IMG/VR virus record: IMGVR_UViG_3300032304_002326
Span: 14,588 to 78,587 of that record
Reading direction: 5' to 3' (one strand)
Source of the DNA: a virus
Length of the DNA: 64,000 nt
The first letter of the stretch is position 1; each line of letters begins with the position of its first letter. This document shows positions 38,489 through 48,550 of the stretch, in pieces. The notes under the pieces were generated by a model. It had not been told where the DNA came from and did not search any database. It was given only the letters and a program-made list of their open reading frames with translations. The translations under genes and the position numbers were made by a program.

Positions 38489-40600
38489 TTACATTTTAGG
38501 TTTTGGGCTTTTAACTGGTTCAGCTTCCCAAATTCTTTCTCTTCTTCTAGAAGGTTTAACTGGTGTTTCAGGTAAAACAACTGGTTCTTTAACTGGATTA
38601 TCAGGAATAGTAATAGGTCCAAGTGTATTTGTATCTTCCATTTCTCTTAATTTTTGAATTATAGGATTATTATTTGCAAATATACTACTATTTTTTGAAT
38701 TATCAAAAGATTCATTATTTTTTTTACCCCATTTTTCACCTTTACCTTTTGTACCACATGCTGATGGTGTTGGTCTACATGCTGGATAAGCTCTATCTTC
38801 ACCTTCTTTTCTTCCACAAGGTTTACATTTTTTTCTACCAGTTTCTGAGTCTTTTCTACATGTATTACAGTCAACCCAACCTTGTGATTTACCTTCACCA
38901 CCCTGTCTTTCAAACCAACCATGTAACCCTTTTTCTTTTTCTTTTGAAAAATCTGTTTTTTTAGCTTCAGAAACATCAATATTTTCATCAGTTTTATTTC
39001 CCCAATTTTTAGCACCAACTTTTCTACATTTTACTAACGCACCTGATGCATAGGCACTTGGCCAAACGTCATATCTACTTTTTACTTTATGGTAACAAGC
39101 GTCTTTTTTCTTTTTTTTTTCACCTTCAGCAACCATTTTAGATACTGGAGTTCTAGACCACATTTTACATGACCAATATTTTGGTGTAGTTCTATCTTTT
39201 GCTTGAGAACATTTATGTCTTGCTCTAAATGATTTTCTTCTTTTTGGGTCATCTCTTTTTATTTCCATATTAGGGTCACCAAAATTAACCTTAACAACAT
39301 TTCCTTTTTTGTTTTTAACGTAAACTTTGAATTTTTTAACATCACCCTTAGTTGGTTTACCCAATTTAACAGTTTTACCCTTATATTCAGCTTCATTAAT
39401 ACCACTACCAATAAATAATTGTGCAATATCACTTTCTGGTGATTCAACCGAACCGTGAACATCTTCATATCCAGTTTCAGTTTCACCATCATAACCCATC
39501 TGTCCAGTTAAAAAATGATAAACTTCTTCAATATCATCTTTGGCAGTTGCTGCTAAATTTGAAATCCATTCACCATGATTTGAAATCTCACCATCAACCA
39601 TACTAACATCCATATTTAATATTTCATGTGTTGCATGTTGTAATGTTTTTAAATTTTGAAAAAACATGTAATTATTTGATTCAGATTCTTCAGTCATTCT
39701 TTCTTTACCTTCAAAATAATGATATATATGTTCAACATCATTAGTTGATGTTGCAACATGGTCTAAAGCCCAACCATGGCCATCACTTAATATACTATTA
39801 ATTTGATTTGAATCCATTTCTAATAACTCACAAGCATCTTCGTACATTGAATATATGTCATTAAAAAACATTTCATTTCTAATACCTTGTTCATGGTTAT
39901 CATGATTTTCATAAACTTCAATATCATCACCGAATTGACCATCACTTAATAAATCATCAGATTCCCACATTTGATTTTCAGCCCCTGGTGCAAACCCTGG
40001 GTCAGATGCAAATTTTGGGTCTGGTTCATACAACTTATCATTTTCAGCTAATTCACCATCAGAATCCATATCTAATTCAGTATTATCTGATTTTGGTTCT
40101 TCTTCATCACTAGAAGAATCAGTATCTACGTTAACGTCAACGTTAACATCTTTACCTTTATCACCAGAATTTTTAATTTTTTTAATTATATCTTTTTGGT
40201 CTTCTTCATCCATTTCACCAGTGTGTGTTGCTGAAATAACTGAATTAATTGCGAATTTTTCCAAATCAAAATCAGGTTGACCTTTATCTTCACTATATTT
40301 TCTAAGTGTAGTTCCTAATTTACCAGCAAGTTGCTGTATGTATTTTTCTGGGTCCTCATCTTCATCAGCTTCAACACCAGCATCAAAAGGAGTATCATTA
40401 AATGGTTTATCACCTGATGGCTCAGCTTCAGGAGCCTCAGCATCACCACCCATATCTAAATCAATATTTTCACCACCAGTTTCGGTAGGTGTAGAAACAT
40501 CTAAAGCTGGCGTACTAGGTGCAGCCAGCTTTATTTTATATTTTACTTCTTCTTCTAGATTGTATCCATCCTCTTCATCAGCGAAAAGACCAGTAGACAT
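38489..40600 (-). CDS. Multi-module head-internal-like polyprotein (probably reached by frameshift from 40621..41391)
   Basis: Acidic N-part, duplicated 'MFF...W...D[VI]E..YH' module, three basic Cys-containing modules separated by x-x-E sites. Confidence 0.6.
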   Translation of the reverse strand: MSTGLFADEEDGYNLEEEVKYKIKLAAPSTPALDVSTPTETGGENIDLDMGGDAEAPEAEPSGDKPFNDTPFDAGVEADEDEDPEKYIQQLAGKLGTTLRKYSEDKGQPDFDLEKFAINSVISATHTGEMDEEDQKDIIKKIKNSGDKGKDVNVDVNVDTDSSSDEEEPKSDNTELDMDSDGELAENDKLYEPDPKFASDPGFAPGAENQMWESDDLLSDGQFGDDIEVYENHDNHEQGIRNEMFFNDIYSMYEDACELLEMDSNQINSILSDGHGWALDHVATSTNDVEHIYHYFEGKERMTEESESNNYMFFQNLKTLQHATHEILNMDVSMVDGEISNHGEWISNLAATAKDDIEEVYHFLTGQMGYDGETETGYEDVHGSVESPESDIAQLFIGSGINEAEYKGKTVKLGKPTKGDVKKFKVYVKNKKGNVVKVNFGDPNMEIKRDDPKRRKSFRARHKCSQAKDRTTPKYWSCKMWSRTPVSKMVAEGEKKKKKDACYHKVKSRYDVWPSAYASGALVKCRKVGAKNWGNKTDENIDVSEAKKTDFSKEKEKGLHGWFERQGGEGKSQGWVDCNTCRKDSETGRKKCKPCGRKEGEDRAYPACRPTPSACGTKGKGEKWGKKNNESFDNSKNSSIFANNNPIIQKLREMEDTNTLGPITIPDNPVKEPVVLPETPVKPSRRRERIWEAEPVKSPKPKM

Positions 40601-40620
40601 TCCATCTAATTTAGTTTCAA

Positions 40621-41391
40621 TTAATCTTTTTTTTTTAAAGTGTTTAACAACGCCGTTTTTTCAGATTCAGTTAATGAATTTAATAAGTCATTTACCTTAT
40701 CATTAACATCTTCACCAATAATTGAATCCATTTTTTCCATTGCTCTTTTGATACTAAACCCTTTTTTAGATTCAGTAACTTGATTAGCATCTGTTTCTTC
40801 ATGTGATGGTGCTTCTGGCATTTCTTCATCACCAGTAATCATTTCATCAATAGCCATTTCGTTTTCAGATAATTTAACTTTTTCAAACTCACTATCAACG
40901 TTTTTGTCAGCAACATTGTCACCAAATTGACTTTCATCTTTACCTTCTTTAGAATCATAAGTTAATTTTTCACCAGCTTTATCTAAAATATCTTTAGATG
41001 CTTCATTTTCAGATAATAAATTATCATTTGAAAATGTATTAAAATTACCTTCTTTACCATAAGCCTCATTTAAACTCATGAATTTTAAGTTTAATTGTTT
41101 GATAGCTTTAGCGTATGTAGGATAAGCTTCAGATGTCTTGTTCATTAAACCACCAATATAATTGAAATCTTCAGTTACAATATTTGATTGCTTATTAGTT
41201 ACTTTGATAAAGTAATTATGACCTTCTCTAACTATACCATAAACCTTACCATCAGGTCCTAATTTAGTTAACTCAACAACAGAATTTTTAACATCTTCAT
41301 TTAATGAAGTTGCCCCCATTAATTCTCTCATTCTATTAAGTTTTTCATTTCCTTTTAACCCTGTAGGTTTAACTATAAATTGATTCTTCAT
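40621..41391 (-). CDS. Hypothetical head-internal protein ending at slippery T-TTA-AAA-AAA-AAA-G
   Basis: LNE/LSE/VTE/LTE sites; ends LKKKD*. Confidence 0.65.
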   Translation of the reverse strand: MKNQFIVKPTGLKGNEKLNRMRELMGATSLNEDVKNSVVELTKLGPDGKVYGIVREGHNYFIKVTNKQSNIVTEDFNYIGGLMNKTSEAYPTYAKAIKQLNLKFMSLNEAYGKEGNFNTFSNDNLLSENEASKDILDKAGEKLTYDSKEGKDESQFGDNVADKNVDSEFEKVKLSENEMAIDEMITGDEEMPEAPSHEETDANQVTESKKGFSIKRAMEKMDSIIGEDVNDKVNDLLNSLTESEKTALLNTLKKKD

Positions 41392-41417
41392 TTTATATTA
41401 TTTTTTTCTTTTTTATA

Positions 41418-41675
41418 TTATAAACTAATTGACCCTAAATTAGGGCTACCAAAGTATACATCAGATTTATTACCAAGTAAATAAACCGTATCATTAGTCG
41501 CAGCACTAATGCTATCAATTTTAATATTTAAAATTGAAGTTGCCACTAAATTAACATTAACACCATTAATTATTGCTGCTGTATTAGCAAATGTGTAAAC
41601 TGATGAATATGTTTCATCAGTAAAATTAGCGTCTTGCCATGCCCTAATTATTGAAAACGTATCTCTACTAATCAT
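41418..41675 (-). CDS. Small late protein
   Basis: ATATTTAT at 41695-41702 upstream. Confidence 0.55.
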   Translation of the reverse strand: MISRDTFSIIRAWQDANFTDETYSSVYTFANTAAIINGVNVNLVATSILNIKIDSISAATNDTVYLLGNKSDVYFGSPNLGSISL

Positions 41676-41779
41676 ATTTTTAGCTATTTTATTAATAAAT
41701 ATGAAGAAATAATAAAAAAGATACTTTTACCAAATAAAAATGGGACCTAACTAAGTCCCATTTATTTTTTTTTATAATT

Positions 41780-42604
41780 TTAATTTATCCGTTTTAAAAC
41801 ATCAGTTAATCTCGTATACATTTCAATAGCAACTGGTGCTGAAAGTAAAGATATTAAGAAGTTATTTATGTAAGAGTATACAATAATTACAGCACCAATT
41901 GTAATGTTCGGTGTAGTAAGTACTAATAATATTATGGCTATGAATAAAAATATATTTTTTATAATTCCAATAGTAAACCAATTCTTACCTTGTATTGTAG
42001 AATTATATATAGTTAATTGCCCTAGACGCTTAAAAAATGATACCGAATAATCATACCCACGTTCTATTGAATTAGCTTTATTTTCATTGTGGTCATTTCT
42101 AACCCTAATACATTGTTGTATTTTTTTATAATAAAGCATAGCTGCTAAAATAATTAAAACCATAGCAATTGTTACTAAAACACCAACCTTCCAATTTTCT
42201 GAATAAATGAATCCTATTGACCCTAGTATAGTTACTATAGTCCCTATGTAATAATGCACATAACCTTCAAGTACACCAACTATTTCATATGCCATATCCG
42301 TTCTTGCAATTTTAGTCGATGCATCAAGATTTTTGTTTTTAAGTAATTTAAATACAATCCCATTGTAAATTTTAGTATATACTTTAGTGTCATATACCAT
42401 TCTTTTATAATTAAAAAATACAGATAAAAAATATGAAAGACCTAATAACACTAACCAATGCCAGGTACCCAACATCAATCCATCAATACTTTTACCTAGA
42501 AGAAATGGTGTTGCAAGTATCGATAACTCAGTAAACAACATAAAAAAATAAATCCATAACAATTCACATTTGTGTTGTTTGAATATTTCATAAATTTTAT
42601 TCAT
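41780..42604 (-). CDS. ABC-transporter six-TM membrane domain protein (no ATPase)
   Basis: 'PFLLGKSIDGL', 'RMVYDTKVYTKIY', six hydrophobic segments. Confidence 0.65.
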   Translation of the reverse strand: MNKIYEIFKQHKCELLWIYFFMLFTELSILATPFLLGKSIDGLMLGTWHWLVLLGLSYFLSVFFNYKRMVYDTKVYTKIYNGIVFKLLKNKNLDASTKIARTDMAYEIVGVLEGYVHYYIGTIVTILGSIGFIYSENWKVGVLVTIAMVLIILAAMLYYKKIQQCIRVRNDHNENKANSIERGYDYSVSFFKRLGQLTIYNSTIQGKNWFTIGIIKNIFLFIAIILLVLTTPNITIGAVIIVYSYINNFLISLLSAPVAIEMYTRLTDVLKRIN

Positions 42605-43028
42605 TTGTTGGATTAAAGTAATTATTAATTTTAGTAATTAAATTATTTAATTTTGATTCTTTAAATTCACCGTCAACATTAAATTCATAAGTGATTGATT
42701 CCATATCATCGATAATCGATTGTTGTTTCAATATCAATTCTTCTTTTTTAAGTTTATTGATTTCTTCTTCAATAACTTTAGCATCAACAGTTTCACCTTT
42801 TTCAAATGAATATGGTTTTATGTGTGAATTTAAAATTGCACCTTGACTTTCAGCAGTTTCAAATCTTAAATAATCGGATGCTGATACATCCAAATAGGTA
42901 TATTGTACACCACGTTTAAATGTAATTGTTAATCTTTTACTTTCTTTATCATACTTTGATGATAAAATGTTTGATGAATCATACGTTGACTCAATCAAAT
43001 TTTCTTTTTGTGTTCTTTTTAATAACAT
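42597..43028 (-). CDS. KTSC-domain protein
   Basis: 'SSNILSSKYD...LTITFKRG.QYTY.DV....Y..F..AESQG'. Confidence 0.8.
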   Translation of the reverse strand: MLLKRTQKENLIESTYDSSNILSSKYDKESKRLTITFKRGVQYTYLDVSASDYLRFETAESQGAILNSHIKPYSFEKGETVDAKVIEEEINKLKKEELILKQQSIIDDMESITYEFNVDGEFKESKLNNLITKINNYFNPTNE

Positions 43029-43038
43029 AATTTATTTT

Positions 43039-43236
43039 TTATTGTTCCCTTATATAAAAGGTTATTGATTTTAATAGTTTTGAATAATCACCCTTATCAT
43101 AATCACCAGATTCACCAATCTCCAAATATGGATTTGATTCAAAATTTTCTTGTTTAATATTGTCACCATATTTTTCTCGAATCATTTCCATAATTTCTTC
43201 GAACGGTATTTCAATCTCTCTAACTATTTTAGCCAT
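43039..43236 (-). CDS. Small hypothetical protein
   Basis: ORF in operon. Confidence 0.55.
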   Translation of the reverse strand: MAKIVREIEIPFEEIMEMIREKYGDNIKQENFESNPYLEIGESGDYDKGDYSKLLKSITFYIREQ

Positions 43237-43237
43237 T

Positions 43238-43441
43238 TTATTTTGTTTTATATGATTTTATTTCTGATAAATTAAAAACTGTATTAATTGATGATTCATC
43301 ATTCCCGTAATTTTTTTTTTCAATAATAATTAAGTAATTACCTGTTAGTAAAATACTTGCATTTTCAAACTTAACATTAATAATTGAATTAGTTTCTTTT
43401 TTTAATATTTCTATTGTTTTGAAAATTGGTAAATTGACCAT
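43238..43441 (-). CDS. Small hypothetical protein
   Basis: ORF downstream of TATATTTG (43470-43477, minus). Confidence 0.55.
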   Translation of the reverse strand: MVNLPIFKTIEILKKETNSIINVKFENASILLTGNYLIIIEKKNYGNDESSINTVFNLSEIKSYKTK

Positions 43442-43552
43442 AATATATTTTTTATTATTTACTTGAAGGCAAATATAGTGATATTTATTTAAAAAAACAA
43501 CAGTTGTTTTTTATAAAAAAAATAAGTAATTTTACTAAAAACATTTTGCTAT

Positions 43553-45382
43553 ATGAATAGAGAAATAATACCAAAGCTAAAGAAAATAATTAGCGAAGCC
43601 AAACATGAAGCAAAATTAATGGATGACACTGTGGTTAAACCAGAACACATATTAATTGCAATACTAAGTGATAATAATAATGGATGTTCAGATGCATTAA
43701 AAAATATGCAAATAAATTTAAGTTTACTTAATGACTACATATTTTTAGAATTAAATAATTCAAATTTAACCCCTAAAATTAGTAATAACACAAAAATAAC
43801 AATACCTTTTAGTAAGGAGAGTAGATTATTATTTAAAGAGGTTGATTTAGAAGCTGAAAATTTGGGTGATAACCACATTGATACAACACATTTAATGATG
43901 GCAATATTAAACCCAAAAAATAAGGTAAATATTAGAAAATTATTAAACACTTCTGGTATTTACCATGAAAACTTTTCAAAAACTGTTAAAAAAATGAGAG
44001 ATATGTTAGATGATGTTAAAGGTTCATCAGATGATTCTGAAGATTTTGAATATTCAAGTAGTGAGGATAACAGAAAAGATAAAAAACCAAAAAGAAGTGC
44101 ACCAAGTAAAACACCAGTTTTAGATAATTTTTGTACTGATATAACAAAAATGGTTGATGAAAATAAAATCGACCCAGTTGTTGGTAGAGCAAATGAAATA
44201 AAACGTGTAACACAAATCTTATCCAGAAGAAAAAAGAATAACCCAGTATTAATTGGTGAAGCTGGTGTTGGTAAAAGCAGTATCGTTGAAGGTATTGCAC
44301 TACTAATCAAAAGTGGTTCGGCACCAAGAACATTAATCGATAAAAAAATATATTCATTAGATTTAGCATCAGTAGTTGCTGGTACTAAATATAGGGGTCA
44401 ATTTGAGGAAAGAATTAAAGCAATCCTAGACGAACTAAAAGCAAATCAAGATATAATTTTATTTATTGATGAATTACATACATTTGTTGGAGCTGGTAAC
44501 GCATCTGGTTCATTAGATGCATCAAATATATTCAAACCAGCATTAGCTAGAGGTGACATACAAGTAATTGGTGCAACAACATTAGATGAATTTAGAGAAA
44601 ACATTGAAAAAGATAGTGCGTTAACCAGAAGATTCCAACAAGTACTTGTTGAAGCAACAACAAATGAAGAGACTAAAATTATTCTTAATAATATTAAAGA
44701 TAAGTACGAAAAATATCATAGTGTTAGTTACACACCAGAAGCAATCGAAGAGTGCGTTAAAATGGCTGATAGATACATCACAGATAGAGCAATGCCAGAT
44801 AAAGCAATTGACGTATTAGATGAAGCTGGAGCCAGCACAAACATATCTTTAGAAAAACCAGAAAGTGTTAAAAAACTTGAGGCAAAAAAAGAAGAAATAT
44901 TAAAAAGAAAACTAGAAGTAGTTCAAAAACAAAAATATGAGGAAGCTGCCGAACTTAGAGATGAGGAAAGAAAAGTTAATGAGGAATTAGATAAAGCTAA
45001 AGAAAATTGGTTAGCTTCATTAGATAAGAAAAGAACAATTGTTGACGTTGAACTAATAGCTGAAACAGTATCAATGATGACTGGAATACCATTAAGTAAA
45101 ATTTCTTCACAAGAAAATAAAAAACTAACGACCATGGATAAAGAATTGATGGGTAGAGTAATTGGTCAAGATGAAGCAGTTTTAAAAGTAATTAAAGCTA
45201 TTAAAAGAAATAGATTAGGTATTAGAAATATGAATAAACCAATTGGTTCATTCATATTTTTAGGACCAACTGGTGTTGGTAAGTGTTTTTTATCTGAAAC
45301 TCAGATAGTTATTAGAAATAAAACAACTGGTTTGATTGAAACTATTGATATAAATGAATTAAAAAAACGAATAAAACACTAA
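43553..45382 (+). CDS. clpC: ClpC-type AAA+ chaperone, N-terminal fragment fused to split-intein N-part
   Basis: Clp_N repeats, 'DPVVGR', 'GEAGVGKS', 'LFIDELH', UVR-like 'QKYEEAAELRDEE', second Walker A 'GPTGVGK' then C. Confidence 0.9.
   Translation: MNREIIPKLKKIISEAKHEAKLMDDTVVKPEHILIAILSDNNNGCSDALKNMQINLSLLNDYIFLELNNSNLTPKISNNTKITIPFSKESRLLFKEVDLEAENLGDNHIDTTHLMMAILNPKNKVNIRKLLNTSGIYHENFSKTVKKMRDMLDDVKGSSDDSEDFEYSSSEDNRKDKKPKRSAPSKTPVLDNFCTDITKMVDENKIDPVVGRANEIKRVTQILSRRKKNNPVLIGEAGVGKSSIVEGIALLIKSGSAPRTLIDKKIYSLDLASVVAGTKYRGQFEERIKAILDELKANQDIILFIDELHTFVGAGNASGSLDASNIFKPALARGDIQVIGATTLDEFRENIEKDSALTRRFQQVLVEATTNEETKIILNNIKDKYEKYHSVSYTPEAIEECVKMADRYITDRAMPDKAIDVLDEAGASTNISLEKPESVKKLEAKKEEILKRKLEVVQKQKYEEAAELRDEERKVNEELDKAKENWLASLDKKRTIVDVELIAETVSMMTGIPLSKISSQENKKLTTMDKELMGRVIGQDEAVLKVIKAIKRNRLGIRNMNKPIGSFIFLGPTGVGKCFLSETQIVIRNKTTGLIETIDINELKKRIKH
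45284..45379 (+). mobile_element. Split intein N-fragment, 32 aa
   Basis: CFLSETQIVIRNKTTGLIETIDINELKKRIKH* follows GPTGVGK; intein block A pattern. Confidence 0.85.
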
Positions 45383-45442
45383 CCAACACCAATTAGTCCG
45401 AACTTTTTAAATCTTCGTGATATTTATTATAAAATAGATATT

Positions 45443-46615
45443 ATGAAGATAAAAACAAGTAAAGGTATTAAAGAAGTGAATGAAGTGTTTCCAGATTTAG
45501 AAACATTTAAAAACCAGGTTTTAAAATTAGATAAAAACATACGCTACAATAACGAAATGATAAAAAAAGAAATGGAATCACTGATGGTTAAATTAAAAGA
45601 ACAAGTAGGTGTTGTTTCATTATCGTTGATGCGTGGTTGGTTAGTTAAAAATTATAATTTTAAAACTAAAAAATGGGGTAATATAGAGTATTTCATTGAA
45701 CGTGGTTGGACTCATGATGATACTTTGGTTGAATTAGGTAAACGAAATGAAGAATTAAAACAAAGGAATCGTTTATGTGAGGAATATTGGGTAAACAAGG
45801 GTTACACTAAGGAAGAAGCTATTAATGAAATTTCTAAACAACAAAAGAAGTCGTCTAAATGTGTTAAAACTTATCATGGTAAATCAAAACAAATGCTAGC
45901 TGATAAAGGTTACACCGAAGAAGAAATAAAACGTATTTGTTTAACACCAACAAATCATGAATTCTGGGTTAATAAGGGGTATTCTGAAAATGAGGCAAAA
46001 GAAATTATTAGTAAAAACCAAACTGAAGCTGCAAAACAAGTTGATTTTGAAAAAAGACTAATACCATCAAATATTGAGTACTGGGTTGAGAGAGGGCTTA
46101 ATTATCAACAAGCTAAACTAAAAGTTACTGAACGACAAACAACATTTAGTTTAGATATATGTGTTCAAAAATACGGTGAAGAAGATGGTTTAAAAAGGTT
46201 TAATGAAAGACAAATTAAATGGTTAACTAACTATAAAAAAACTAATTTCAGTAAAATTTCTCAAACATTATTTTGGGATATATTAGAATCAGAACCAACG
46301 ATAAAAAATAATAACATATTCTTTGCAACTTTCAAGAATGGTTTTAAAGATGATAGTGGTAAAAATAACGAATATCGATTATCATTGTTAAATGGTGTAA
46401 TATTACCAGATTTTATTGATTTAGCTAAGAGAAAAATTATTGAGTTTGATGGTACTTATTATCATAGGTTAACGCCAGAAAATTCATTAAGAGAAGAAAA
46501 ACGAGATAAAATGATATTAGAATCTGGTTATGAAGTGTTACATGTTAGTGAATTAGATTATAAAAATAATAAACAAGAAATAATAAATAAATGTATAAAT
46601 TTTTTAAATAAATGA
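45443..46615 (+). mobile_element. Free-standing Vsr/DUF559-like endonuclease between the split-intein halves
   Basis: 'PDFID...IIEFDGTYYH...RD......GYEVLHVSE'; 'YWV.KGY' repeats; own ATATTTAT at 45420-27. Confidence 0.8.
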
Positions 46616-47256
46616 AAAAAGAAATTAAATTAAATAAAATCTATAATCTCGATTTAGGTTCAACACCAGTTAGTGTTACAATTTTAGAAATTAATGAAAA
46701 TGGTGTTATGTGTAAATATAATAATTCTTATGCTGGTAGGGTTGAGTTGTTAACATATGATTTATTTGAAATGAATGGCTTAACTAAACCATTAGATAGA
46801 ATAGAGGAAATACAAAAAAGACTTGAGAAATCAGATAATGTTTTATTATTTGATAAACACGAATTAGAATCTTTAAAAAAAATCAATAAAACAACCAAAA
46901 TATCAGAGTACGAAGTTTTAACTGATGATGGTTTTGTTGATATAGAAGCATTGCATGAGACAATACCATATGAAGTATATCATCTTAAATTAAGTGATGG
47001 AAAAGAGCTTAAATGTGCTGATAATCATATTGTGTTTAAACACAATGAAGTTAATCCGATTAATTTTGATGAAGTTTTTGTTAAAGATTTAAAATTAGGT
47101 GATAAAATTATAACACAATATAATGATAATGGTGAATCTATAAATTCAATGGTTATTCAATTAACCAATTTAGGTTATGAAGAAGTAATGTATGACCTTG
47201 AATTAAAAGAAGGGTCTAACAAAAGATATTACACCAACGGAATTTTATCGCATAAT
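46612..47256 (+). mobile_element. Split intein C-fragment (up to 215 aa including N-terminal extension)
   Basis: 'VLTDDGF', 'LKCADNHIVF' (block B), 'VKDLKLGD', 'MYDLEL...YYTNGILSHN' then T+1. Confidence 0.88.
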
Positions 47257-48048
47257 ACACATTTAACTAAATTATTAACTGATGAAATATTTGGTGATTC
47301 AGATTCTTTAATTAAAGTTGACATGAGTGAATACATGGAAAAACATTCAGTATCAAAATTAATTGGCGCACCTCCAGGATACGTTGGTTATGAACAAGGT
47401 GGTCAATTAACTGAAAAAGTTAGAAGAAAACCATATTCAGTTATATTATTTGATGAAATTGAAAAAGCTCATGATGATGTATTTAACATATTATTACAAT
47501 TATTAGATGAGGGTCAATTAACTGATAGTTTTGGTAGAAAAATTAATTTTAAAAACTGTCTGGTAATCCTAACATCAAATGTTGGTGCTAAAGAATTAAG
47601 TAGTTTTGGTAAATCAATGGGGTTTCAAACTGGTGCAACTGTTGCCAATGAAGAAGAAAGAAATCGTTCAATTATTGAAAAGGCACTTAAAAATAAGTTT
47701 AAACCAGAATTCTTAAATAGGTTAGATGAAATTATAGTATTTAATAGTTTAAAAGAAGAAGATATTCATAAAATTATATACAATGAACTAGGTAAATTAA
47801 GAGACCGAATAAAAGAAATGGGTTATGATATTAAAATACAAAAAAGTGCAGTTGAATTTGTCGCTAAAAATGGATACGATGAGGCATACGGTGCAAGACC
47901 TTTAAATAGAGCAATTCAAAGATACATTGAAGACCCAATCGCTGATGAAATATTAAATGGCAACTTCAAAGAAGGTGAAACCATAAATATTACATTGGAT
48001 AAAGATAAGAGTGAGATTGTGTTAAAATCAATAAAATCAAAACAATGA
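46612..48048 (+). CDS. clpC: Split-intein C-part fused to ClpC C-terminal fragment (rest of NBD2)
   Basis: After HN: 'THLTKLL...DMSEYMEKHSVSKLIGAPPGYVGYEQGGQLTEKVRRKPYSVILFDEIEKAH', 'GARPL'. Confidence 0.92.
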   Translation: MKKEIKLNKIYNLDLGSTPVSVTILEINENGVMCKYNNSYAGRVELLTYDLFEMNGLTKPLDRIEEIQKRLEKSDNVLLFDKHELESLKKINKTTKISEYEVLTDDGFVDIEALHETIPYEVYHLKLSDGKELKCADNHIVFKHNEVNPINFDEVFVKDLKLGDKIITQYNDNGESINSMVIQLTNLGYEEVMYDLELKEGSNKRYYTNGILSHNTHLTKLLTDEIFGDSDSLIKVDMSEYMEKHSVSKLIGAPPGYVGYEQGGQLTEKVRRKPYSVILFDEIEKAHDDVFNILLQLLDEGQLTDSFGRKINFKNCLVILTSNVGAKELSSFGKSMGFQTGATVANEEERNRSIIEKALKNKFKPEFLNRLDEIIVFNSLKEEDIHKIIYNELGKLRDRIKEMGYDIKIQKSAVEFVAKNGYDEAYGARPLNRAIQRYIEDPIADEILNGNFKEGETINITLDKDKSEIVLKSIKSKQ

Positions 48049-48090
48049 AACTAAAACCCACAAAAGTGGTTTTTTTTTATATTTATTAAT

Positions 48091-48477
48091 ATGATTGAAA
48101 AATATTTAGAAGACAAATACAAATCAGAATTAATTGGTTTGGATATATATGAAGATAGTAAAAGTATTAAATTATCCAGAATTATAGTCGACCCAAATTT
48201 TAGAGATAAGGGTATTGGTACATCAATATTAAATGATTTAGTCGACTACGCAGATAAAACTAAAAAAATAGTAACACTAACACCATCATCAGATTTTGGT
48301 GGTAATAAAAATAGGTTGGTTCAATTTTATAAAAAATTTGGTTTTAAAATGAATAAAGGTATTCATAAAAGTTATGAATATATGGATAGTATGATAAGGT
48401 GGCCAAGACTTAATGAAAATGATTTTAACACAAAATCAATGATTAAAAACTTACTAAGAGAATCCTTACTAAAGTAG
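48091..48477 (+). CDS. GNAT acetyltransferase with C-terminal 'IKNLLRE' tag
   Basis: 'IIVDPNFRDKGIGT', 'LVQFYKKFGF'. Confidence 0.8.
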   Translation: MIEKYLEDKYKSELIGLDIYEDSKSIKLSRIIVDPNFRDKGIGTSILNDLVDYADKTKKIVTLTPSSDFGGNKNRLVQFYKKFGFKMNKGIHKSYEYMDSMIRWPRLNENDFNTKSMIKNLLRESLLK

Positions 48478-48550
48478 TAATTATAAATTACTGGATAATA
48501 AAATAGCCGTGGATACTTATACCCACAGCTCGTTTATTTTAGAATTTTTA

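Noticed and set aside
45383-45442. Group I intron as the explanation for the clpC interruption
   Set aside because: Only 60 nt of non-coding sequence and no recognisable intron core; intein motifs on both halves explain the split.
48500-48535. Hairpin AGCCGTGGATAC...CCCACAGCT as an ncRNA
   Set aside because: Sits between convergent genes; adequately explained as a terminator.
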